From assembly GCA_026396455.1 (NCBI GenBank), contig JAPLWT010000031.1, forward strand, positions 1 to 46,135: DNA of 46,135 nt, given 5' to 3'. Source of the DNA: Candidatus Micrarchaeota archaeon. Its GTDB lineage: Archaea; Micrarchaeota; Micrarchaeia; Burarchaeales; Fermentimicrarchaeaceae. This document shows positions 17,191 through 27,875 of this stretch, piece by piece. Under the pieces are notes generated by a model. It ran no database searches, had not been told where the DNA came from, and worked only from the letters and a program-made list of their open reading frames with translations. Numbering within the stretch: position 1 is the stretch's first letter; every line of letters starts with the position of its first letter. Position numbers and translations under genes: made by a program.

Positions 17191-17742
17191 CTATCTCTTT
17201 TCGAGAAGTTTTTTCATGAGTGCTTTCACCTTATCCCTAGCATCCTCCTTTTCCCCAGCGTTGACAACCATATAATCCGAGAATGCAAAAGAATCAGCAA
17301 CCCCCCAGCCCAGCTCCTTCTCATCAGCCCATACGAACTCCTCCCAACTCTTTGGGTCCTCCGGTAGGCTTCTCTTCATCACCCGGTCGAACCTCATCTT
17401 CTGGGGGGCGAACATGCCTATGAGAACGAAACTGTCCCCGAATGCCTCCTTGAATCTCTTGAGTTCCTCGTAACCTCTTATGCCATTCACCACAATAGCC
17501 CTGCCCCCCGTATCCTTTACCCTCTTTATGGTCATCTTGGCAACGATGTCATAACCCTCCTTCTTCCTAAGCTCGTCAGCGAACTCCCTTAAACTTCTGT
17601 TGGTTACCTCAATTCCCCTCTCCTTCATCATCTCGATAACTATGCTCCTCATCTCTATTGAGCCGACCCCGAGCTCCTTGGCGACTTCGTTAACTATGCT
17701 CTTGCCGGCAGCTCTCATCCCGGCAACCCCGATCACAATCAT
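17191..17742 (-). CDS. UPF0200/dephospho-CoA-kinase-like nucleotide kinase
   Basis: P-loop is GVAGMRAAGKS and the layout resembles archaeal UPF0200 proteins. The start is either 17742 (MIVIGV) or 17766. Confidence 0.6.
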   Translation of the reverse strand: MIVIGVAGMRAAGKSIVNEVAKELGVGSIEMRSIVIEMMKERGIEVTNRSLREFADELRKKEGYDIVAKMTIKRVKDTGGRAIVVNGIRGYEELKRFKEAFGDSFVLIGMFAPQKMRFDRVMKRSLPEDPKSWEEFVWADEKELGWGVADSFAFSDYMVVNAGEKEDARDKVKALMKKLLEKR

Positions 17743-17777
17743 AAAACTCTTATATCTAGCTTTCATTTAAAATACAT

Positions 17778-18311
17778 ATGCGAGTTTTCATTGCAATCGA
17801 GACAAGCGCTGAGTTGAGGGAAAAGATGGCAGAGTTGCAGAAGCAGCTCGCTATTGACGGGGTGAAGCTTGTTGAGAAGGAGAACCTGCACCTCACACTG
17901 CATTTCCTGGGAGAGATAGATGAGCCTATGAAGGAAAGAGTGATGCAGGCAATGAACAGAATAAACTGCAAGAAGTTCGAGATGAGCTGCGGCGGAGTCG
18001 GGGCATTCCCGAGTAACAATTACATACGCGTCGTCTGGGTGGCCGCAGAGGCTCCTGGGCTTAAAGAAATCCATGAACAGCTCGGAGGAGAGCTTTCAAA
18101 GCTTGGTTTCAAGAAAGAGGATTTCTCCCCGCATATAACTCTCGCAAGAGTCAAATTCCTGAAGGATAAAACCAAGCTGGCGGAATTCCTGGAGGAGAAT
18201 GCCGAAACTGAAATCGGAGACTGCATTGTTGATGGAGTTATCCTCAAGAAAAGCACGCTGACTCCCAAAGGGCCGATCTACGAGAATGTTTACGAGAAGA
18301 AGCTTCCCTGA
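17778..18311 (+). CDS. thpR: RNA 2',3'-cyclic phosphodiesterase / 2'-5' RNA ligase (LigT/ThpR)
   Basis: Has two HxTx motifs (HLTLHF and HITLAR). Confidence 0.85.
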   Translation: MRVFIAIETSAELREKMAELQKQLAIDGVKLVEKENLHLTLHFLGEIDEPMKERVMQAMNRINCKKFEMSCGGVGAFPSNNYIRVVWVAAEAPGLKEIHEQLGGELSKLGFKKEDFSPHITLARVKFLKDKTKLAEFLEENAETEIGDCIVDGVILKKSTLTPKGPIYENVYEKKLP

Positions 18312-18854
18312 TTATTTTCTCCCGAAAGTCAGATACACAGTATGCATCAGCCCCATGTTCTCCGGCCTCATTCCTGTTTCCCTCACAAGAATCTCGCGCG
18401 TGATGCATTCCATCGTGAATACTTCAGAAAACTTATTCTTTTCCAGCTCTCTGACAAAGTCCCTCACCTGCTCCATGTTCGGGAGGAAGCCCACGACATA
18501 GCCGCCTTCTTTCAATGCTTTCTTAGCATGCTTCACAACCTTCTCGGAATCAGCAAAGTCAAGCGTCACTAGGTCCAAATCCCTCTCGCTTATCCCCCTG
18601 AAGATATCCTTCCTTTTTATTTTCACATTCCTCAATCCGCTTGCCTTGATGTTCCTCTCGGCAAGCTTCGCGAATTCCTCCCTCCTCTCGTAGGTGACAA
18701 CACTCTTTGCAATATTGCCGAGAGCTATTGCAAGAAACCCGCTTCCCGTCCCTGCATCGACTACAACACTCTTCTTCCCAATCCCAGTGAATGCCGCAAC
18801 CATGCCGAAGTCTTTTGGCAGCACAACCTGCGGGCCTCTTTTCAAATTCCGCAT
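18312..18854 (-). CDS. SAM-dependent tRNA (adenine-N1)-methyltransferase-like protein (TrmI/Gcd14 catalytic domain)
   Basis: SAM motif is VVDAGTGSGFLA and the C-terminus is GMRPENMGLMHTVYLTFGRK. The ATG at 18854 was chosen from the TATA spacing. Confidence 0.7.
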   Translation of the reverse strand: MRNLKRGPQVVLPKDFGMVAAFTGIGKKSVVVDAGTGSGFLAIALGNIAKSVVTYERREEFAKLAERNIKASGLRNVKIKRKDIFRGISERDLDLVTLDFADSEKVVKHAKKALKEGGYVVGFLPNMEQVRDFVRELEKNKFSEVFTMECITREILVRETGMRPENMGLMHTVYLTFGRK

Positions 18855-18887
18855 TATCGGAGGAAACCTCAAACAACCACCACTATT

Positions 18888-18895
18888 TTAATTTA
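18888..18895 (-). promoter_or_regulatory. TATA box (TTTAAATT on the minus strand) for the methyltransferase gene
   Basis: Lies about 34 nt upstream of the ATG at 18854. Confidence 0.35.
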
Positions 18896-18903
18896 AAGGG
18901 GAT

Positions 18904-20234
<1,331 letters not shown>

Positions 20235-20241
20235 ACTGCAT

Positions 20242-20313
20242 GCCCCAGTAGCTCAGTGGTAGAGCGTTTGCATGGTAAGCAAAAGGCCGCGAGTTCAATC
20301 CTCGCCTGGGGCT
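20242..20313 (+). tRNA. tRNA-Thr (GGU), no intron
   Basis: Acceptor is GCCCCAG/CTGGGGC. The anticodon arm TTTGC-ATGGTAA-GCAAA gives GGT. The T arm is GCGAG-TTCAATC-CTCGC. Confidence 0.9.
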
Positions 20314-20324
20314 TTCCCCGCATA

Positions 20325-20333
20325 TTTTATAAA
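20325..20333 (+). promoter_or_regulatory. TATA box (TTTTATAAA) for the ACT-domain gene
   Basis: Lies about 35 nt upstream of the ATG at 20365. Confidence 0.4.
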
Positions 20334-20364
20334 CTTACCCTCGCAAATCTGCTTTGGTGAAACA

Positions 20365-20751
20365 ATGAGGGAACTAATAATTGTTGCCAAGGATAAAGTA
20401 GGTCTTCTGGCCCATATATCAAAAATTCTGGGGGACAACAGCATAAACATAGATTCTGTTTCAGTTGAGACCGTCGGCAAGGATGCCATGGTTCATCTGG
20501 TTGCATCCAGGGAGAAGGAAGCAATGAAGCTGCTGGAGGAGGCAGGCTTCAAGGTGATGGGTTCCGACGTGATACTCCTGAAGATCGATGACAGGCCAGG
20601 TGAGCTTGCAAAGGTTGCGCTGACTCTTGCAGAGTCCGGCGTGAACATAAGGAGCGTCCTCTTCATGAGGAAGGAGAATAACAAAGGTCTGTTTGCAGTG
20701 AAAGTCACGAAACCTGAAAAGGCTGTTGAGATACTGAAGGATTACCTGTAG
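20365..20751 (+). CDS. tandem ACT-domain protein
   Basis: Two ACT-like repeats (VGLLAHISKILGDNSINI and RPGELAKVALTLAESGVNI). The ORF-track N-terminus overlaps tRNA-Thr and was trimmed. Confidence 0.7.
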   Translation: MRELIIVAKDKVGLLAHISKILGDNSINIDSVSVETVGKDAMVHLVASREKEAMKLLEEAGFKVMGSDVILLKIDDRPGELAKVALTLAESGVNIRSVLFMRKENNKGLFAVKVTKPEKAVEILKDYL

Positions 20752-20759
20752 CTGAGAGG

Positions 20760-21140
20760 ATGGTTGATAAGCGCTCAGTTGAAATTTCTGTGCTTGCGCA
20801 TGCCAGCATACTCGTTGGATTCATCTTCCGTTATTCTTTCATTTTTCCTCTCCTTATCTGGAAGACCCTCAAGCATTCAAAATATTCAGAGCAACAGGCA
20901 AGACAGGCAACATACTACCAGGTAGCTGCACTGCTCCTCATCATGGGCATTTCATTCGGTGCAGAGTTCATGATTTTGCCCAACGAATCTTCTAACGGCA
21001 TAGTGCAGAGAGTTGATGCAGCCTTTATACAGCAACTGGAACTTGTTGTCTACTCCCTGCTATCGCTCTATGCGTTATACGGGGCATACAGGTGCAGCAG
21101 AGGGAAGGAATTCAGATACCTGCTAATCGGAAAACTTTAA
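20760..21140 (+). CDS. small membrane protein (DUF4870-like)
   Basis: Has 3-4 hydrophobic helices and a C-terminal GKEFRYLLIGK resembling DUF4870 tails. Confidence 0.45.
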   Translation: MVDKRSVEISVLAHASILVGFIFRYSFIFPLLIWKTLKHSKYSEQQARQATYYQVAALLLIMGISFGAEFMILPNESSNGIVQRVDAAFIQQLELVVYSLLSLYALYGAYRCSRGKEFRYLLIGKL

Positions 21141-21200
21141 TTCCTGCCCTGCTTTTTCTGAATGCAATAATCAAGATTTATCCCGAATCCGTGGGCAAGC

Positions 21201-21208
21201 TTATAAAG
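21201..21208 (+). promoter_or_regulatory. candidate rRNA-operon TATA box 1 (TTATAAAG)
   Basis: Located in the 360-nt non-coding leader upstream of the 16S gene. Confidence 0.35.
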
Positions 21209-21270
21209 GGCAAAATCCCTAATTCATGCGGAGATTCCGAGAATCTCCCGACGGAGGTTATACCGTAAGG

Positions 21271-21280
21271 TATTTAAATA
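21271..21280 (+). promoter_or_regulatory. candidate rRNA-operon TATA box 2 (TATTTAAATA)
   Basis: Strong TATA consensus about 150 nt upstream of the 16S processing stem. Confidence 0.4.
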
Positions 21281-21426
21281 CGGGAGTGTATAATCTTCCT
21301 TCGCCGTGCGGATGCTGTAGACTCCGGCGTAAATGGAGCGCGAATTTCTACTTCGTGCTGTGAAATATACCCTTTTTCTACAGTACGTAATCTCGATGGA
21401 AATCCAAGTTAGTTTGGATTTGACTC

Positions 21427-21464
21427 GGGCTTCAAGAACAGGATAAGTGAGCGATAGTGGTGTT
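21427..21464 (+). other. 16S processing-stem, 5' strand
   Basis: GGGCTTCAAGAACA...GTGAGCGATAGTGGTGTT pairs, with bulges, to 23571-23607. Confidence 0.7.
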
Positions 21465-22366
21465 TTTTCGCCTATACTTGCGGAAGAAAGTGTGCTTAAA
21501 CTCCAGTTGATCCTGCTGGAGGGTACTGCTATCAGAATCCGACTAAGCCATGCAAGTCTACCCCTTCTGCTAGGAGGGGTGGCATACGGCTGAGTAGCGA
21601 GTAGTCAATCTGCCCTAAGGAGGGGGATAACCTCGGGAAACTGAGGCTAATACCACATAGGTTATGGATGCTGGAAGGCTTCATAGCCCAAACAGCGTGG
21701 TGAAATGCAATCATGTCTGCCTTAGGATGAGACTGCTTCCGATTAGGTAGTTGGTGGGGTAAAGGCCCACCAAGCCGATAATCGGTGGGGGCAATGGGAG
21801 TTGGCGCCCCCAGAGGAGCACTGAGACAAGGGCTCCAGTCCTACGGGATGCAGCAGGCGCGAAACCTTCGCAATGCGCGAAAGCGTGACGAGGGGATTCT
21901 GAGTGATGCTCCACGCGAGCATCTTTTCGTAAGCTTAAGGAGCTTGCGGAATAAGAGCTGGGCAAGACCGGTGACAGCCGCCGCGGTAACACCGGCAGCT
22001 TAAGTGGTATCCACGAATATTGGGCTTAAAGAGTCCGTAGCTGGCCCGCTAAGTTCTCTGTGAAATCTTCGGGCTCAACTCGAAGGAGTGCAGAGAATAC
22101 TGACGGGCTTGGGAGCGGGGGAGGCCAAGAGTACTCATGGGGTAGGGGTAAAATCCGTTAATCCTATGAGGACTCCCAGTGGCGAAGGCGCTTGGCCAAA
22201 ACGCGTCCGACAGTGAGGGACGAAGGCTAGGAGAACGAATCGGATTAGATACCCGAGTAGCCCTAGCAGTAAATTATGCAGACTGTGGTGTTGCCATAGC
22301 TTAGAGCTGTGGCAGTGCCGTAGCGTAAGTGTTAAGTCTGCCGCCTGGGGAGTACGGCCGCAAGGT

Positions 22367-22409
<43 letters not shown>

Positions 22410-22557
22410 TGCTGCGGTTCAATTGGATTCAACGCCGGGAATATTACCGGGAGCGACGGCAGAATGAAGGTCAGACTAAAGATCTTACCTAACAAGCCGA
22501 GAGGTGGTGCATGGCCATCGTCAGCTCGTGCTGTGAAGTGTCCGGTTAAGTCCGGTA

Positions 22558-23086
22558 AATCATATGAGTGCACCCATTCGGAGTGATAACATGAAAATAA
22601 AAAACACTCCCCAACTCGCATACCTCATTGGTCTGTGGAAGGGGAGGAGAATTTCAAAGGGAATTGGAATAAGGGGCAGCGGAGAGATAAGGGAGATTTT
22701 CCTCAAGGAGTGTATGAAGGCTCTAAAAATTCCTCCAGAGAAAATGCAACTTGGTGAGGATGAAGTTTTCTTCTACCACTCGGTGTACAGGAAATATTTC
22801 GAGGAGACTGAGAAAAATCAGGTGGATTTGTTCAGGAAGAGGAACAACTACTCTGCATCGTACCTGGCAGGAATGTTCGATTCCTGCGGGGGTATAGAGA
22901 AGGATACGCCATATCTTGCGCATGCCTCATACCAGGACCAGATGCTCATGGAGCTTCTGGGCTTCCGAACAAGATTCAAGAAAGGGAAGCTGGTGATACT
23001 GACTCCCAGAGAGTTCATAGCTTTTGTAAAGGATTTCCTTAAGCACTCCGACATCAAGAAAAAAACAGCACTCATATGGTCCGGAA
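22558..23086 (+). mobile_element. BHB-type rRNA intron (529 nt) carrying a LAGLIDADG-like ORF
   Basis: The conserved GTTAAGTCCGG-TAA-CGAGCGAGACC segment is split. A 4-bp helix CCGG/CCGG is flanked by 3-nt bulges TAA and AAA, with a 13-bp inner helix (22559-22571 pairs with 23068-23080). Confidence 0.75.
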
Positions 23087-23106
23087 ACGAGCGAGACCAT
23101 CACTGA
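22564..23106 (+). CDS. double-motif LAGLIDADG homing-endonuclease-like protein (possibly inactive)
   Basis: Motifs are LAYLIGLWKG and YLAGMFDSCGG. The protein is 180 aa (171 aa if it starts at MKIKNT, 22591). The stop codon lies 20 nt inside the downstream 16S exon. Confidence 0.65.
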   Translation: MSAPIRSDNMKIKNTPQLAYLIGLWKGRRISKGIGIRGSGEIREIFLKECMKALKIPPEKMQLGEDEVFFYHSVYRKYFEETEKNQVDLFRKRNNYSASYLAGMFDSCGGIEKDTPYLAHASYQDQMLMELLGFRTRFKKGKLVILTPREFIAFVKDFLKHSDIKKKTALIWSGNERDHH

Positions 23107-23570
23107 CAGTTGCGACTCATCTCTCCGGAGATGAAGCACTCTGTCGGGACTGCTTGTGTTAAACAAGAGGAGGGAGATGGCGACGGTAGGTCAGTATGCC
23201 CTGAATCTCCCGGGCTACACGTGGCATACAATGGTCGAGACAATGGGTTGCCACTCCGAAAGGAGGAGCTAATCCCCAAACTCGGCCTAAGTTCGGATTG
23301 AGGGCTGAAACTCGCCCTCATGAAGCTGGAATCCCTAGTAATCGCTTGTCAACATCGAGCGGTGAATACGTCCCCGCTCCTTGCACACACCGCCCGTCAA
23401 GTCACTCAAGTGAAGTTTTAGTGAGGCGGAATCCTCAGGATTTTGTCGAACTAATTCGTCATGAGAGGGGCTAAGTCGTAACAAGGTATCCGTAGGGGAA
23501 CCTGCGGATAGATCACCTCCTTAAAATTGTTCTATGATATGAGAACCAGAAAGTGAGTGCAAGGTAAGCG

Positions 23571-23607
23571 AACACCATATGCTCACTCCAAATGTTCTTG
23601 AAAGCCC
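23571..23607 (+). other. 16S processing-stem, 3' strand
   Basis: AACACCATATGCTCAC...TGTTCTTGAAAGCCC is complementary to 21427-21464. Confidence 0.7.
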
Positions 23608-23610
23608 TTC

Positions 23611-23707
23611 GGGCTCGTAGCTCAGTGGTAGAGCGCCTCCTTTGCGAGGAGGAGGCCGCGAGTTCAAAAGCAGCTTCACTGAGTTGCTGAACATCTCGCC
23701 GAGTCCA
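23611..23707 (+). tRNA. tRNA-Ala (UGC) in the 16S-23S spacer, with a 25-nt T-loop intron (23669-23693)
   Basis: Acceptor is GGGCTCG/CGAGTCC with G3:U70. The anticodon loop is TTTGCGA. The T stem GCGAG/CTCGC encloses 32 nt that fold into a canonical BHB. Confidence 0.85.
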
Positions 23708-23765
23708 TTCTGCACGCATATGCAATTCAGGAAATTTTCCTGAATGAAGTGGCTGATATTAATGA

Positions 23766-23791
23766 GGCCGTGATTGGAATAAAGACCATAG
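23766..23791 (+). other. 23S processing-stem, 5' strand
   Basis: GGCCGTGATTGGAATAAAGACCATAG pairs with 26745-26770. Confidence 0.7.
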
Positions 23792-26744
23792 TTCTCTGGC
23801 AACAACGAGTGCAGTGAGATGCCATTCAGGGGATGGCTTGGCTCAGGTAGCGATGAAGGCCGTGGCAAGCTGCGATAAGCCCAGGGTAGGCGCAGGCAGC
23901 CTTTGAACCTGGGATTGCCGAATTATTCGCCTCCAAAAGAGGTGAAGGGATACGCGGAGAATTGAAACATCTTAGTACCCGCAGGAAAAGAAACCAATTG
24001 GGATGGGGTTAGTAAAGGCGATTGAAAGCCCCACAGAGGCAATTCGAATCCTTCAGGGCAACTTGAAGGAGATGTGATGCATTCCATTCCCCTTCTATCT
24101 AGTTGAAGTGCGCTGGAAAGCGCCGCCAAAGAGAGTGAAAGCCTCGTAAGCGAAACGTGGAAGGTGAGGGGATGCGCCGAGTAGCGTCCATCGAGTATTG
24201 GGCGCGAATATGGGAGCAACAACTTCCAACTCTAAATATAACCTGAGACCGATAGCGTAGAGTAGCGCGAGCGAAAGCTGAAAAGTACCCCTAACGGGGA
24301 GTCAAAAGACCTGAAACTGAATGGCTACAGAGGGTACAGTCCGAAAGGAATGCGGCTTCCTTGAAGCGATATGTAGAAATATATAAAGCGAAAGGGAGCT
24401 TAACAGGATTGTATCGTTCTTCTTGAAACAAGAGCCAAGGAGTTGCTTGAAGTGGTGAGCCGAAAGGCTAAGCGAAAGCGAGACTGCGCGACACCGCAAG
24501 GTGCGAGGCAGGTGGTACGAAAGTGCCATAAATCACTTCCTGCAAACCCGAAGCCAATGTGATCTACACACGGGCAGGGCGAAGCCAATCCTCCGATTGG
24601 TGGAGGCCCGCAACCGATGCTAGTATATCTGCTCGGGTGACCTGCGTGTAGGGGTGATAGTCCTATCGAACTTGGCGATATCGGGTCCCCCCCGAAGTAT
24701 CCTTAGGATAGCCTCATCTGAGGTAGATTGTGAGGTAGAGCACTGATTAGACAGAACGGAGCCGAAAGGCTCCGCTGTTTTCTCAAACTCCGAATTCACA
24801 ACCACCGTAGAAGATGGGAGTCGGGCATACTGGGTAAGCTAGTGTGCCGGGACGGGAACGACCGAGACCGAGGTTAAGGCCCCTAAATTCTGACTAAGTG
24901 CTAATCACAAAGGAGTCCCCACTCTTAAACAGCTGGAAGGTAGGCTCAGAAGCAGCCATCCTTTAAACAACGCGTAACAGCGGACCAGTCGAGAGTGCAG
25001 GCTCCGAAGATTACCGGGGCTAAGTCAGGTGCCGAGACCCCGGAGGATGCCACAAGCATCATCTGGTAGGGGGGTGTTCTGGTAGGGTAGAAGTTGGGGT
25101 GTGAATTCCAATGGACCTGTCAGAAACAAATATCTTGGTGTTAGTAACAGCATATCCAGGTGAGAATCCTGGGCGCCGGATAGCACACGGTTTTCTTAAC
25201 AATGTTCGTCAGTTAAGAGTAAGCCGATCCTAAGCTCTCAGCTAATTACTCGGGAGCAAAAGGGAAACTGGTTAAGATTCCAGTGCCTCGTGGGTAGACG
25301 TGGTGACACAAAGGCCAGCTTCAGACGCTTGGGGATAGGCGGAGTGAGCGAGAGCTCATTTAACCTCTGCAAGGCTGCAGAGACTCGTTATGAGGAGAAG
25401 CAGCCTAACGCTGGGAAGGCCATCGCAAGGTGGTTCCGTTGATTCCTTGAGCCCGTGAAAATGGAGCTGGCAGCGATCCCATGAGATCGTACCTAGAACT
25501 AGTACAGGTGCTGCTGGCAGAACAAGCCAAGGCGTGTCAGGAGAACTCAGGTAAGGGAACTCGGCAATTCAGTGGCGTAACTTAGGGATAAGCCATGCCT
25601 GCAATTGTGGCGCAAGCTGCATTCGCAGGTCGCAGTAACAAGGGGACGTCGACTGTATATCAAAAACACAGCTCCCTGCAAAGTCGAAAGGCTTAGTATA
25701 GGGGGCGATGCCTGCTCACTACTGGTACGTCAAACTCCGGTACAACGGAGCAAAGCGCCGGCAAAGAGCGGGGGTAACTCTGACCCTCTTAAGGTAGCGT
25801 AATACCTCGCCGCTTAATTGGTGGCTTGCATGAATGGCATAACGAGCGTCCCGCTGTCCCTACCTGGGACCTGGTGAACTCACTACTCGGTGAAGATGCC
25901 GAGGACTTCTAGGGGGAAACGAAGACCCCGTGGAGCTTTACTATAGTCTGTCGTTGGGATACGGTGGTTGTTGCACAGCGTAAGTGGGAGCGTCGAAACA
26001 TCCCTCGCGGGGGGTGCGAATGCGAAAGTGAAACACCACTCTACAGTTGCTGTGTTCCTAACCCGAAAGGGAACATCGGCAGATGGATAGTTTGGCTGGG
26101 GCGGTACGCCCTCGATAAGGAAACAAGGGCGCCCAATGCTCTGCTTAGGCGGGTCAGAAATCCGCTGATAAGGGTTAAAGACAAATGCAGGGCTGACTGA
26201 ATTCTTAAAAGCGTGGAATTCAGACTCGAAAGAGGGGCTTAACGAACCTTGGAATCCCTTTTGCTGAGGGTCCAAGCTGACAAACAAGCTACCCCGGGGG
26301 TAACAGGCTCGTCGCAGGCGAGAGTACATATCGACCTTGCGGTTTGGTACATCGCTGTCGGCCTAGGTCATCCTGGTGGTGCAGGAGCCACCAAGGGTTG
26401 GGTTGTTCATCCATTAAAGACCTACACGAGCTGGGTTCAGAACGTCGCGAGACAGTTCGGTAGTATCTCCTAGGAGTGTCGACTGCTTGAGAGTATGAAT
26501 CCCTAAGTACGAGAGGAACGGGGATTCGGCGCCTCTAGTATACCGGTTGTGCAAAGCAACGCCGGGCAGCCACGCGCCACTGGATAAGACCTGAAAGCAT
26601 CTAAGGTCGAAGCCATTCTCAAAACGAGGCAGTCCAAGGCCAGAATAGCAGATTCTGTTGATAGGGTGGGGATGTAAACGGAAAGCGTAAGCGATCCGTG
26701 AGTCCGTCCACTACTAAAAGCCTTTCTGCACTTGCTAAAAGGAG
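23792..26744 (+). rRNA. rrl: 23S rRNA gene (ends approximate; no large insertion)
   Basis: Contains GGATGGCTTGGCTCAGGTAGCGATGAAGGCCGTGG near the 5' end, AAGACCCCGTGGAGCTTTACT, GGATAACAGGCT-like and GAGCTGGGTTCAGAACGTCG motifs. Length is about 2.95 kb and the gene is bounded by the processing stem. Confidence 0.85.
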
Positions 26745-26770
26745 CTATGGTCATTCCAAAAATCACGGCC
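26745..26770 (+). other. 23S processing-stem, 3' strand
   Basis: CTATGGTCATTCCAAAAATCACGGCC is complementary to 23766-23791. Confidence 0.7.
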
Positions 26771-26924
26771 TTTCACTTCATGCTCGAATGGCCGGGCCTA
26801 CTACTTTAATCCACCACCCATTGAGGCTCGGCTGTTCTCTAATTCTTCTCAAATCCGGATTCCTAGCTGAAGCTTTGCTCGTCTCAGAAAAATTTATATA
26901 CTGCACAACTATACAATTACCTCT

Positions 26925-27779
26925 ATGAGAAAACACCTAATTTTCTTTCTCTTATTCCTCACAGGTTGTATCTTTGTTGACACGTCACCCAATAGGTGCT
27001 ACCATCTCTGGGATCCCTCGCAGAAAAACGAATGCCTGCTCATGGTAGCTTCGGAAACATCAAACATATCCAAGTGCGGTGAGATAAATGAGAGCTCAGT
27101 TGCAGAGCGCTGCTATGCGTTGTTGTTGGGCAAGGGCATATCGGAGAACTACTCCATATGCATGGAACTGTCCGGAACTGGGATGGACCAGTGCTTCTCA
27201 AGACTGGCGATGAGGACTAACGACTCCTCGATGTGCATGAAAGTCAACTCAAGCTATTCAAGGGACAACTGCCTGTCAGGAATAGCAGTAACGCTGGGCA
27301 GGCCCGATATCTGCGAGTCAATAGCGCTGAACGTTTCGAGAAACACATGCAAGAACCAGATATACCCCCAGCTTGCCATCAAGAACAAAGATGCGGCATT
27401 CTGCAAGCTGATGATTGCGGATAATCCCCAAGCCCAGCTGACTGCAGCGGACACATGCATAGTCTCCATGGCCAAGGAGCTGAATGATACAACCTACTGC
27501 AACCAGGTATCAACAGAGTTCACCAGACAATTCTGCCTGACTGGCAGGATAGATCCTGCAACCTGCGATACTATAAGCGATCCGCAGGGCAGGCAGGCAT
27601 GCCGTTACATAGCCGCGGTATACTCCAAAGACCCAAGCACATGCGCTTCAATGCCTTCGGGCACGCTTAAGGACAGTTGCTATATGCAGCTGGCAAGCGA
27701 TATGAAGAACCCGCAGCTCTGCTCCTACATCTCTCTCGAAAGCATTAAAGAACAGTGTCTTCAGGTCAGCCAGGGCTAG
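26925..27779 (+). CDS. Cys-rich tandem-repeat lipoprotein (paralog of 38587-39840)
   Basis: Has a lipobox-like FLTGC signal. I count 21 Cys, arranged as repeated ...[ND]xSxC-x(8-12)-[RK](D/N)xC[YFL]... units, with many NxS/T sequons. Confidence 0.6.
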   Translation: MRKHLIFFLLFLTGCIFVDTSPNRCYHLWDPSQKNECLLMVASETSNISKCGEINESSVAERCYALLLGKGISENYSICMELSGTGMDQCFSRLAMRTNDSSMCMKVNSSYSRDNCLSGIAVTLGRPDICESIALNVSRNTCKNQIYPQLAIKNKDAAFCKLMIADNPQAQLTAADTCIVSMAKELNDTTYCNQVSTEFTRQFCLTGRIDPATCDTISDPQGRQACRYIAAVYSKDPSTCASMPSGTLKDSCYMQLASDMKNPQLCSYISLESIKEQCLQVSQG

Positions 27780-27844
27780 TCCCTCTTTTATCTGGTTTGG
27801 CTGACACCCCATTCGAATCCACTCTCGCTTAGCTTCACCTCCCC

Positions 27845-27854
27845 AATTATTAAT
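27845..27854 (+). promoter_or_regulatory. TATA box (AATTATTAAT) for the DHH gene
   Basis: Lies about 26 nt upstream of the ATG at 27876. Confidence 0.35.
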
Positions 27855-27875
27855 GCTCCTTTGCGTAACCTCTAT

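Noticed and set aside
26771-26924. A 5S rRNA gene expected downstream of 23S.
   Set aside because: No 5S-like conserved blocks or helices are recognisable by eye. Many archaea encode 5S elsewhere.
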